The notes beneath the pieces were generated by a model. The model was not told the DNA's origin, did not search any database, and saw only the letters and a program-made list of their open reading frames with translations. From Paratractidigestivibacter sp. (GTDB lineage: Bacteria > Bacteroidota > Bacteroidia > Bacteroidales > Bacteroidaceae), in NCBI GenBank assembly GCA_963656095.1, contig CAVKHS010000004.1:4931-68930 (forward strand): a stretch of 64,000 nt of DNA, given 5' to 3'. The translations under genes and the position numbers were made by a program. Within the stretch, counting starts at the first letter, position 1. Each line of letters begins with the position of its first letter. This document shows positions 44,980 through 53,690 of this stretch, in pieces.

Positions 44980-46515
44980 TTATACTTGTTTTGTTTTCAG
45001 TCCCAGAGCCTTTGCTTTTTCCTGCAACAGTGTCATGAGAGGCTCACGCTCGTTGGGCACGGTGTTGTCGAGGACAGCCTGCTTCAAGGCTTGCTTGAGC
45101 TGGCCGACCTCTCTTGAAGGCTTCAAGTCGAACATCTCCATGATCTCATTGCCGTCGATGCAGGGCTGCAGCAGACGCTTGTAGTCCTTCTCTTTCAGGT
45201 CCGTGATCTTCTCACGCACCATGCGGAAGTTCTCTAAGAAGCGCTGCTTGCGCTGATTGTTCTTGCTGGTGATGTCGGCTTCGCAGAGCATCATCAGGTC
45301 GTCGATGTCGTCGCCGGCGTCATTGACCAGTCGTCTGACGGCACTGTCGGTGACCTCTTCGTCAGCGATGACAATGGGACGCATGTGCAAGTCCACCAGC
45401 TTCTGCACATATTTCATCTTTATGTCCATAGGCAGTTTCATGCGACGGAAGATCGCCGGCACCATCTTGGCACCGACATAGTTGTGATTGTGGAAGGTCC
45501 AGCCCTGCGCGTCGTCCCACCGTTTGCATTTTGCCTTGCCGACATCGTGCATCAGTGCTGCCCAGCGCAGCCAGAGACGGTGGTCGTCGAGATGCTGCAA
45601 GTCGGCTTTCCACTCCTCTTTTTGCTTCTCGTCGGCCTCCTTGCCCTGAAGCTTCTCCACGAGATAGCTTCGGCGCTCGTTCTGTCGACGGCATACGTTA
45701 TCGAGGACTTCGAGGGTATGGAAGAAATTGTTTTTATGTGCACGCCCCTTGCGCGTCTCCACGTTGTCGAGCGCGGTGAGCTCAGGGAGAATCAGTGTGA
45801 GCAGACCCGCACGGTGCAGGTCCACGAAGCCACGGCTGGGTTGGTCGGCGAGGATGATCTTGTTGAGTTCCTCCTCGATGCGCTCCCCGCTGATGATCTT
45901 CAGCCGTTCGGCGTTGCGTGTCAGTGCGTCGAAGGTCTCGTCTTCGATATAGAACTTCAATTGTGTGGCGAATCTTACGCAGCGCATCATGCGCAGCGGG
46001 TCATCGGAAAAGGTGACGTCAGGGTCAAGGGGCGTGCGGATGATGCCGTCCTCCAGGTCAGCGAGTCCGTCGAAAGGATCGACAAGCTCGCCAAAACGGT
46101 CGGCATTAAGACAGACGGCCAGCGCGTTGATGGTGAAGTCGCGTCGGTTTTGGTCGTCCTCCAACGTACCGTCCTCGACATGCGGCTTACGGCTGTCGTG
46201 GCTGTAGCTTTCCTTGCGGGCACCAACGAACTCCACCTCTGTGTCGCGGTATTTGACTTGTGCGGTGCCGAAGTTGCGGAAGACGCTCAGACGGGCGGCG
46301 CGACCGAGTCTGTTTTTCAGTGTTTGCGCCACGTCGATGCCACTTCCGACGACGACCACGTCGATGTCGTTGGACGGTCTTTCAAGGAAGAGGTCGCGCA
46401 CATAGCCTCCTACGACGTAGCACTCTACGCCGAGGCCGTCGGCCACCTCCGATATGGTGTGAAAGATCTTTTTGTCGAGCAGCATAGCCAGCTCGTCGTC
46501 ACTCAGCATTCTCAT
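44980..46515 (-). CDS. tRNA nucleotidyltransferase (CCA-adding)/poly(A) polymerase family protein with HD domain
   Basis: Nucleotidyltransferase head GGYVRDLFLERPSNDIDVVV, RRDFTINAL, and an HD region (HDVGK). I prefer the ATG at 46515; the track start at 46563 is TTG. Confidence 0.82.
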   Translation of the reverse strand: MRMLSDDELAMLLDKKIFHTISEVADGLGVECYVVGGYVRDLFLERPSNDIDVVVVGSGIDVAQTLKNRLGRAARLSVFRNFGTAQVKYRDTEVEFVGARKESYSHDSRKPHVEDGTLEDDQNRRDFTINALAVCLNADRFGELVDPFDGLADLEDGIIRTPLDPDVTFSDDPLRMMRCVRFATQLKFYIEDETFDALTRNAERLKIISGERIEEELNKIILADQPSRGFVDLHRAGLLTLILPELTALDNVETRKGRAHKNNFFHTLEVLDNVCRRQNERRSYLVEKLQGKEADEKQKEEWKADLQHLDDHRLWLRWAALMHDVGKAKCKRWDDAQGWTFHNHNYVGAKMVPAIFRRMKLPMDIKMKYVQKLVDLHMRPIVIADEEVTDSAVRRLVNDAGDDIDDLMMLCEADITSKNNQRKQRFLENFRMVREKITDLKEKDYKRLLQPCIDGNEIMEMFDLKPSREVGQLKQALKQAVLDNTVPNEREPLMTLLQEKAKALGLKTKQV

Positions 46516-46668
46516 ATTTTTCCTTTTAAGGTGCAAAGGTACTGTAAACCGAATACAATACAAAGAAAAAGAATAAGAAAATTCTTTTTTTATATCTCAC
46601 ACGGAGACATAGAGACACAGAGAAGGCTTCGCCTTGTAAAGTATAAGTCTGTTACTCTGTCTTTTCTT

Positions 46669-46772
46669 GTTAACGCTCCGCTCCGCGGAATAAAGAATAT
46701 AACCGAATATTTAGAAAATATATTTTCGATATTCGTTCATCTTCGTCATTCCATCGAAGATGGAGTGTTCAA
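46669..46772 (+). repeat. Copy of small dispersed repeat family R
   Basis: gttaacgctccgctccgcggaataaagaatataaccgaatattt...cattccatcgaagatggagtgttcaac. The ends are imperfectly inverted (gttaacgctcc vs rc gttgaacactcc). Confidence 0.6.
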
Positions 46773-46943
46773 CTTCAAGACATTGCATCTTCGGCCAAGA
46801 ATGCGAAGATTCACACCTTCCCGTTCTTTTCGCGTGTACTTTCTTCTAATCGCACACAGAGTCATTCCCGTTTTTTCTCTCACACAATCGGAAATCCTCG
46901 CAAAGAATAGGGATTTCCCTTTGCGACTTTGAAGTCTATCTCT

Positions 46944-46951
46944 TAATTTTG
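46944..46951 (+). promoter_or_regulatory. Candidate -7 promoter box for the SIMPL-domain gene
   Basis: TAATTTTG, 47 nt upstream of the ATG at 46998. Confidence 0.45.
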
Positions 46952-46997
46952 CAACCATCAGATAGGAATCTAAATCAACCATTAAAAGTATAAGACC

Positions 46998-47705
46998 ATG
47001 AAAGAACGTATTCTCTCTTCTGCCATCGTTGCCCTGGGCATCGTATTGCTCGGCATCTTCCTGAAAGCAGGTATGGACAACTTTACGGAGAAAGACCGCA
47101 AGGTCACCGTGAAAGGATTGGCCGAGAAGGAGGTCAAGGCCGACAAGGTAACGTGGCCGATCATCACCAAGGAAATCGGCAACGACCTGCCTGAACTCTA
47201 TGACCGCATCGCTGCCAAACAGAAGACCATCCGGCAGTTCTTGCTCTCCAATGGCATTCAGCCCAGCGAGATCAGCACAGGAGCGCCGAAGGTGATCGAC
47301 ATGAACGCGGAACAGTATTCAGGCAACGACAAGCCTTACCGCTACAATGTCACGGTGGTGGTGACCGTCACCTCAACGCATGTCGACCATGTGCGCCAGA
47401 TCATCGCGCGCCAGGGCGAGTTGCTCAAGCAGGGGGTCGCCGTGGTGGCTGGTGACTACGACGCGGCCAACAACGTCAGCTATCAGTTGACTTCATTCAA
47501 GAAGATGAAACCGCAGATGATGACGGAGGCCATCGAGAATGCCGAGCAGACGGCTCAGCAATTCGCCAAGAACAGCCATTCCAAGCTCAACAAGATCGTC
47601 AGCGCTGATCAGGGGCAGTTCTCCATCGACGACCGCGACGCCAACACTCCTTACATCAAGCGCGTGCGCGTCGTCACCACCGTCACTTACTCGCTGAAAG
47701 ACTAA
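46998..47705 (+). CDS. SIMPL (DUF541) domain protein
   Basis: An N-terminal TM anchor, then RKVTVKGLAEKEVKADKVTWPI... and a C-terminal ...VRVVTTVTYSLKD, typical of the SIMPL/DUF541 family. Confidence 0.78.
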   Translation: MKERILSSAIVALGIVLLGIFLKAGMDNFTEKDRKVTVKGLAEKEVKADKVTWPIITKEIGNDLPELYDRIAAKQKTIRQFLLSNGIQPSEISTGAPKVIDMNAEQYSGNDKPYRYNVTVVVTVTSTHVDHVRQIIARQGELLKQGVAVVAGDYDAANNVSYQLTSFKKMKPQMMTEAIENAEQTAQQFAKNSHSKLNKIVSADQGQFSIDDRDANTPYIKRVRVVTTVTYSLKD

Positions 47706-47723
47706 AGGGCTGTTGAAAGACTA

Positions 47724-48127
47724 CTTGTTGAAGAAACTGACAAAAAAACGGCTCTGAGAATTCAATTCTCAAAAACAAGTCGTCCTTTGCTCGGATTTTC
47801 GCGATTTTTTAGCGGTTTTTCTTAACTGTCTGATTGATAAGAAGATAACTGCGTTTTGCCGAATTTGGTATAGCAGGAAAGGCACTTTGACGAGAAATTC
47901 TCTAAAGAATTTCTCGTCAAAGTGCCTTTCTGATGCAGTCATCTCGGTAGTTTGATGTGATCATCTCGGTAGTTTGACCTTGTCATCTCGGTAGTTTGAT
48001 AGGGTCAGCAAGCCTTTTTGATAGTGAGCGCATCGTTTTTTCATCTTTCGAATCCACAAATTTGGCATTTTCTTCATTGCGGCTTCTCTAGATTGTATTT
48101 TCAGGATGAGGTCCTTTTGTCAATACG
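47724..48127 (+). repeat. Copy C of the ~405-bp structured intergenic element (family S)
   Basis: 5' module: cttgttgaagaaactgaca, with gattttcgcgattttttagcggttttt at offset ~71. Core: a 25-bp perfect hairpin at 47877-47930 and three 22-bp tandem repeats at 47939-48004. 3' module: gcttctctagat at offset ~359, then ggatgag...ttttgtcaa. Confidence 0.7.
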
Positions 48128-48355
48128 TTTCAGCGTTGATCCGTCTTTCCGGTTTATAAGACATCCACTACGATAGGTGGTCATGAATATTGGGGATCGT
48201 GAAGATAATGGCCATGTTGAGAGGCAATATTCAGGCGAGAAGCCCGTTGTATTGAAGTTGGCTTCGGCAGTCGCGACACACTCATCAAGTAATCATTGAT
48301 GCAGCTTGTCGCTTAACTGCCCAATGCATTTACACGTTTTATACATTATTGTTAT

Positions 48356-49558
48356 ATGATGCGGCAGATTATCAACCATTTTACCGACGACGACCTGTAC
48401 AAGTTCACGATGTGCTGCGCTGTCATCGACAACTATCCACGCGCATGGGTGAAGTATGAATTCAACGACCGTGACAATACCGTCTATCCCAAAGGGTTTG
48501 CCGACCTTGTCATGGAGCAGGTGGGCTATCTGGAAAAGCTCACCATCACCGACGAGGAGATTGCTTTCATGCGTCGCAAATGCTATTATCTGCCCGACTG
48601 GTTCTATATCTATCTGCGCGGCTTTCGCTTCAGCCGTAAGTGGGTTCACGCCCGGCAAGACGAGGACGGGCATTTGCACATAGAGTTTGAGGGCGTTTGG
48701 GCAGAGACTATATTGCTGGAGGTGAAAATGCTTGCCATCGTTTCAGAGTTGTACTACATCGTGTGCGGCGAAGAAGATAGGTTTGATTATGACGCATATT
48801 ACCCAAAAAGCTACCACAAGGCGGAGCGGCTGCTCGCTGCCGGATGTACTTACTCCGACTTTGGTACACGCCGCCGTGCGTCATTCCAAGCTGAGGACAC
48901 TGTGGTCAGAGCCATGAAAGACTGCCAGGAGGCACGCGACTGGAAAGGCCGATTCGTCGGTACGAGCAACGTCTATCTCGCCATGAAGTACGATTTGACA
49001 CCTGTCGGCACGATGGCGCACGAGTTCATAGCAGCCATAGGAGGTATGTATGGTCCGCAGATGGCCAACCACATCGCTATGAACGCCTGGCGACACACCT
49101 TCAACGGAGCGCTCGGCACCTTTCTCTACGACACCTTCGGCTGGAACATCTTCTCTCTGAACTTCTCCGAAGACTTTGCCAATCTCTTCAAGGGCTTGCG
49201 CGTCGATTCCGGCGATAACATGGAGCAACTGCAAAAGATTTGTACCAAATACCGGAGTTTAGGCATTGACTCCCAGTCGAAGCAGGTCATTTTCTCCAAC
49301 GCTCTGGACACCGACCGGGCCATAGCTTTGCAGCAAGAAGCGGAGAAGTATGTGCAGCCGTCGTTTGGCATTGGCACACACTTTACCAATGACTTCGACG
49401 GCATCCGCCCGATGAACATCGTCATCAAGCTCGTAGCAGCTAAGATTACCGAATCGTGGCCGTTCTACAACGATACCTGCAAGATCAGTGAGGACGCAGG
49501 CAAGCACACTGGCAATCCGAAGGTGATCCGTCGCTTCATGGAGGCACTGCACCTTTGA
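48356..49558 (+). CDS. pncB: Nicotinate phosphoribosyltransferase
   Basis: N-terminal FTDDDLYKFTM, then DFGTRRR and MAHEFI motifs; 400 aa. Confidence 0.92.
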   Translation: MMRQIINHFTDDDLYKFTMCCAVIDNYPRAWVKYEFNDRDNTVYPKGFADLVMEQVGYLEKLTITDEEIAFMRRKCYYLPDWFYIYLRGFRFSRKWVHARQDEDGHLHIEFEGVWAETILLEVKMLAIVSELYYIVCGEEDRFDYDAYYPKSYHKAERLLAAGCTYSDFGTRRRASFQAEDTVVRAMKDCQEARDWKGRFVGTSNVYLAMKYDLTPVGTMAHEFIAAIGGMYGPQMANHIAMNAWRHTFNGALGTFLYDTFGWNIFSLNFSEDFANLFKGLRVDSGDNMEQLQKICTKYRSLGIDSQSKQVIFSNALDTDRAIALQQEAEKYVQPSFGIGTHFTNDFDGIRPMNIVIKLVAAKITESWPFYNDTCKISEDAGKHTGNPKVIRRFMEALHL

Positions 49559-49630
49559 AAGGTAAAAAAGTAAAAAGTTACTTCATTCATCCATGGGAGT
49601 CCTCTACGACATATCCCTACCATTGTACAA

Positions 49631-49688
49631 CCCCATGTCTCTCCGTCCTTGTGAGGCTAAGGCCTCACAAGGACGGAGAGACATGGGG
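49631..49688. repeat. 27-bp perfect-stem hairpin between convergent genes
   Basis: ccccatgtctctccgtccttgtgaggc-taag-gcctcacaaggacggagagacatgggg. Confidence 0.7.
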
Positions 49689-49779
49689 GCATTCATAGTG
49701 TGTCCCCTCCGGGGGCATGCAACTAAGTAAACACCTGTTGATGTTTTAAATACCAGTTGCTGTTTTCGTCAAAATTTTA

Positions 49780-51273
49780 TTATTTCACAATTATCTTTTT
49801 ACCGTTGACGACGACAATGCCTTTGTAGTGCTCATCGACTCGCTGACCTTTGAGGTTGTAGCGGATGTCGCTGGACTGACGCTGATGGAGCGTCACAGCT
49901 TGGATAGTCGTTGGTGTTTCAGTTTCGACGAAGAGCAGCGGCATCGTGCCTTGTTGTTTAGCATAGCAGCCAAACGAGGTGTGTACGCTCGAATACTGTA
50001 TCCAGTGGTTGGTTGCCGATACAATTTTCCATGTGTTGTCGCTGTTGGGCGTGAGTGTCCACAGAGCTGTAGCGGAGGGAGAGCGTGTGACGTTGAAGTT
50101 CTGGTATCGATTATCGTTATAGTAATATTGGTTGTTGCTATCTACAATATAGTACTTGTCGTCGCTTTGCAGTGTGATGATGAAAGCGTTGGCTTTGCTG
50201 CTTACCGTGATCTGCTTCTGGTCGTTGACGGTCACGTCCGCTGTAGACAGATAGCCATACTTACTACTGATAGGCTTGGCGGCAATATCATTGCTCCCGC
50301 TCTGTGCCACGATCAGATAGCTCTTGCCAGATTCTACCTTATCGGCCAGCACGAAAGTATACTTGTCCTCGCTTGGCGGAGTCACTGGCAGCGAAGGTTC
50401 TTTGAGATAACGGTCGTCGTCGTCGGCCGTAGTGATGGAAACTTCTGGGTTGAATGCTATGTCAGTACTGTCGCCCCAAACATACTCAGCCAAGTGCGGA
50501 AAGTCGATGAGCAGATTGCGGTTGCCCTCGATATTGGCCACTGCATTGTTGCGTACGCGCTCCAGGCTGTCGACCTTGTCAGTCTTGCTCCACTGGATGT
50601 AGAGCGTGGTTGCCCAGGGCTTCATACCGGGATAGTCGTTGTTAGCCATGGTCTCCTCTCCGGTGCCTGAGAACGTTAGGTTGCTGTAGGCAATTGCCAT
50701 GTACATGTAGCTGCGTGCAAAGTCGCCTTTATAGATGTCGCCCGGTTCCCAGCATTGCACTCCAGTCTGTCCGTCGATCGTGCCTGTGCCAACTTTGTCA
50801 TAGCCTTCGTCTTCAGTTTTGACGTTAGTCACCACACCCATAGGATAGTTGCTTTTGGATGAGTTGGCTTTGGAGTCAGAGGGGTAGAGGTTATAAAGAT
50901 CCTTGTAAGCTTTGTTCTTGTCACCTCCCCACCAACTCTTTGGAAAGGAGTGCTCTATGTTCATGCCGTTAATGGCTATCCCATTATGGTCTTTGAAATA
51001 GAATTTACTGGAACTGTAACGGTTGTAGCATTCGTTGGTTTTCGGATCCCGGTCGGTGTACCAGAAACCCCACCAAGTGTTCTCTGTTCCGCTACCATAT
51101 TCGAGTACCGTTTTAGGGGCCAAGAGAGGGTGCAGTGCCGCTTTGAGTTCAGCGCCTTTCTTGCCTTTCAGCGTCTGTACGTACTTGATGAGCTCAGCGC
51201 GGTTGATGGCGTGGGTGGAAGACGAGCCGCAAAGAAGTAGTGCAGCCGCGAGAAGGTAATGTTTTAATGTCAT
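49780..51273 (-). CDS. Secreted endonuclease I family nuclease with T9SS C-terminal sorting domain
   Basis: Signal peptide; endonuclease I motifs NIEHSFPKSWWGG, NLYPSDSKANSSKSNYP, KGDFARSYMYMAIAY and GNRNLLIDFP. The C-terminal IRYNLKGQRVDEHYKGIVVVNGKKIIVK resembles a type A T9SS CTD. Confidence 0.8.
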   Translation of the reverse strand: MTLKHYLLAAALLLCGSSSTHAINRAELIKYVQTLKGKKGAELKAALHPLLAPKTVLEYGSGTENTWWGFWYTDRDPKTNECYNRYSSSKFYFKDHNGIAINGMNIEHSFPKSWWGGDKNKAYKDLYNLYPSDSKANSSKSNYPMGVVTNVKTEDEGYDKVGTGTIDGQTGVQCWEPGDIYKGDFARSYMYMAIAYSNLTFSGTGEETMANNDYPGMKPWATTLYIQWSKTDKVDSLERVRNNAVANIEGNRNLLIDFPHLAEYVWGDSTDIAFNPEVSITTADDDDRYLKEPSLPVTPPSEDKYTFVLADKVESGKSYLIVAQSGSNDIAAKPISSKYGYLSTADVTVNDQKQITVSSKANAFIITLQSDDKYYIVDSNNQYYYNDNRYQNFNVTRSPSATALWTLTPNSDNTWKIVSATNHWIQYSSVHTSFGCYAKQQGTMPLLFVETETPTTIQAVTLHQRQSSDIRYNLKGQRVDEHYKGIVVVNGKKIIVK

Positions 51274-51315
51274 GTTGTTATGGATATTACTTTTTTACCT
51301 TTTTTACTTTTTTCC

Positions 51316-52869
51316 TCATTCGTCGAGTATCGGCAGCAAAGTGGCATCGTCGCCCTCTTTCACGAGCGGATTGACATAGCCCAAACTCTTGAGCTTGCCT
51401 TCACCACTGATCGTGAACGCGGGTGCGCCGGTAGGTTCACCGCCAACCATGTTGTAGAAATAGAGGTGATAAGTTCCTGATTTCTGCGTGCCGATGATGA
51501 GATAGTCAAATGACGAGCTGCCCGCGAAGTAGCGGTTGCTCACAAAGGTAATCTTCTCGTCGGCAGGAATCCCCTGCAGCGAGAGTTGCTTCTCAGCCTC
51601 TTCCTGTACGAGATTATAACTGTAGAGCTTGTTGTCGTCGACAGCGTAGCCGATAGTTGCCGTACGGCTGTTGAAGGCACGCAGGGAAGCCTTGGCAAAA
51701 TGACTGTCAGGACTGATGGCGCGCACACTGCTGATGGTGGCTTTCGTCATGGCGCAGTCGATGGCATAGAGCAGTTTCTTTGACGCGTCGTTGTTGTCCT
51801 GCAAGAGAAAATAAGTCTTGCCGCCGGCAGCCTCGCAGAAGCCACAGTCGAGACAAGTCGCCTGCAGGTTGGTAGCCTCATAGCCAGGTACGGCAGAGAT
51901 GACAGGCATCGACGTGCCGTTGTAGTCGAGTGCCTCGATGCTGTGTGCGGTAGAACTCCAATAGCAGATGGCGTAGAAGCTGGCGTTGCCGCCACTGGCC
52001 ACATGCACGCTGGCAGGATCACCGTTGGCAAAAGCAAAGATGCCGGTGGAACCCGTGTAGCAACTATACACGCCGTTGCTGGTCAGATAATAGATACTGT
52101 ACCATCCTCTCACGGTACGATAAGGGATCTCATCCTTCACCGGATCGTAGTGGGCGTTGGCCGGACTGACGACTGTTCGTCCGTCCTGCAGGTTCATGAA
52201 GCGCATGCTGTCGGCTTCTGTCGTGAGGCAGAGCATGTTCGCACCGGCGGGATTGCCTTGTGCGTCGACATAGCTCATGTTGTAGATGACATCCATGCAG
52301 CGTGGCGCTCCCGGCATGGCTTTGCCTTGATAGGTCTGGAGCACGTTGCTGACCAGCGATTTCTTTGAGGGATTGTAGAGGTCGAGATCGGTGTTGCCCT
52401 CGCTGTTCTCCTTGAGCACATAGAAGCCCTCGGCCAATGCCGATGCCGTGTTGAGTGCCGTGACGAAGTGCTGGCTGTAGCCGGTAGACTTCGAAGTGAC
52501 CGTGTAGATGAGTTTATAGTTGCCGTCGGGCAGACCCACTGGCATGTCAAGGTCGCGGTTGTGGCTGAGCGTGTCGGCCTTGGGATAGGTCGTCGTGTTG
52601 GTGTTGGGATCGTAAGTACTCTCCGTGCCTTTGGAAGCGAGATAGTAAGTCCACAGATATTCCAAGTCGTTGTCGTCGAAAGAAGAACTGATCTGTGGCT
52701 TGATGACAAGCTTCTCGCTGCTGTAGGAAGCAATGCTATAGCCCTCAGCGATGCCCGAGAGACGGATGAAGGTCTTTCCCGATGTGCCGTAGGTAGAGTC
52801 GTCGGAAGCGCAGGAGGCGAGTAGCGTCAGCACCATGGCTACGGGGAGAAAGATATGTTTGAAGTTCAT
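51316..52869 (-). CDS. Surface lipoprotein, PKD-like family (Sus-operon accessory)
   Basis: Lipobox MNFKHIFLPVAMVLTLLASC; 517 aa. Its position after a DUF4843-like gene downstream of SusC/SusD is the recurrent arrangement for PKD-like family lipoproteins. The family call rests on context and size. Confidence 0.55.
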   Translation of the reverse strand: MNFKHIFLPVAMVLTLLASCASDDSTYGTSGKTFIRLSGIAEGYSIASYSSEKLVIKPQISSSFDDNDLEYLWTYYLASKGTESTYDPNTNTTTYPKADTLSHNRDLDMPVGLPDGNYKLIYTVTSKSTGYSQHFVTALNTASALAEGFYVLKENSEGNTDLDLYNPSKKSLVSNVLQTYQGKAMPGAPRCMDVIYNMSYVDAQGNPAGANMLCLTTEADSMRFMNLQDGRTVVSPANAHYDPVKDEIPYRTVRGWYSIYYLTSNGVYSCYTGSTGIFAFANGDPASVHVASGGNASFYAICYWSSTAHSIEALDYNGTSMPVISAVPGYEATNLQATCLDCGFCEAAGGKTYFLLQDNNDASKKLLYAIDCAMTKATISSVRAISPDSHFAKASLRAFNSRTATIGYAVDDNKLYSYNLVQEEAEKQLSLQGIPADEKITFVSNRYFAGSSSFDYLIIGTQKSGTYHLYFYNMVGGEPTGAPAFTISGEGKLKSLGYVNPLVKEGDDATLLPILDE

Positions 52870-52914
52870 AAACGTCGATGTTTTTATGTATGAAACAGTT
52901 GGGAAGACAAGCCT

Positions 52915-53682
52915 TTAGAAGCCACCGGCGAAGTCGACCAGTGTGCCGTCGGCTTCTTTCAGCGGATCTAAGCCTTGCGCGGCGCGCTGCTGGTTGAGGG
53001 CGTCGAGCTCTTTCTGTAACTTGTTTTGATAATAGCGCATCAAGTCTTGGTTGTTGCTGATGCTGTTGATGTAGGCGTCATCCCAGTTCTTGCCGGTATG
53101 ATCGATCATGAACTGGTGTTTCACCTTGCCCCAATTGCCGAACCAATACCACATCAGGCTGCCGAAGTCGCGCCATACCGATGGGCGGCTGAGCTCGTTG
53201 GTGATGGTGATCTGCATGGAAGCCTGAGTGAAGTAGCCCACTTGGAAGTTGACATTGGGCTTCAGCGCCACGTTGAGGATGAAGGTGGCGGTGTCAAGTG
53301 TCTCGTCTTTGAGCAGGATGATGGGCACTCGGGCATAGTTCTTTCCTGCGGGCACGGTGAGGTAAGACTTCATCGCCTCGTCGTCGAAGCCTACGTAGTG
53401 CTTGCCAGGTATGGCGTCGTGGTTGCCCGAGGTGATTTGTTGCAACTCAAACGGACGGTTCTCATTGGAGAGCTTGCCCATGGTGTTGAGCTGTATCCAC
53501 ACGGTATCCTTCGTTTTTCCTTTGCTGAAGACAAAGGAGTAGTTGACCACACCGCTGGCGTATTGAGTGTAGTCGAAGTTGAGTCTTGCCTGCGGGTCGC
53601 TGTACGTGGGCAGATCCTGCTCACAGGCAGAGAAGGCAGCGAGCAGTATCACCGCAGAGAGAAAAACAAATATTTTTTTCAT
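52915..53682 (-). CDS. DUF4843-like surface lipoprotein
   Basis: Lipobox MKKIFVFLSAVILLAAFSAC; 255 aa. It starts 8 nt after the SusD stop. The family call rests on context and size. Confidence 0.55.
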   Translation of the reverse strand: MKKIFVFLSAVILLAAFSACEQDLPTYSDPQARLNFDYTQYASGVVNYSFVFSKGKTKDTVWIQLNTMGKLSNENRPFELQQITSGNHDAIPGKHYVGFDDEAMKSYLTVPAGKNYARVPIILLKDETLDTATFILNVALKPNVNFQVGYFTQASMQITITNELSRPSVWRDFGSLMWYWFGNWGKVKHQFMIDHTGKNWDDAYINSISNNQDLMRYYQNKLQKELDALNQQRAAQGLDPLKEADGTLVDFAGGF

Positions 53683-53690
53683 GTCTTAGC

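Noticed and set aside
45385-46932. 515-aa ORF antisense to the CCA-enzyme gene, extending into the intergenic repeat region
   Set aside because: It is a shadow frame of a motif-supported gene. Its 3' part runs through non-coding repeats (family R), and its composition is not protein-like.
47939-48004. Possible mini-CRISPR array (three direct repeats)
   Set aside because: There are only three 17-nt units separated by 5-nt spacers (22-bp period). There are no spacer-sized unique segments and no cas genes in the window.
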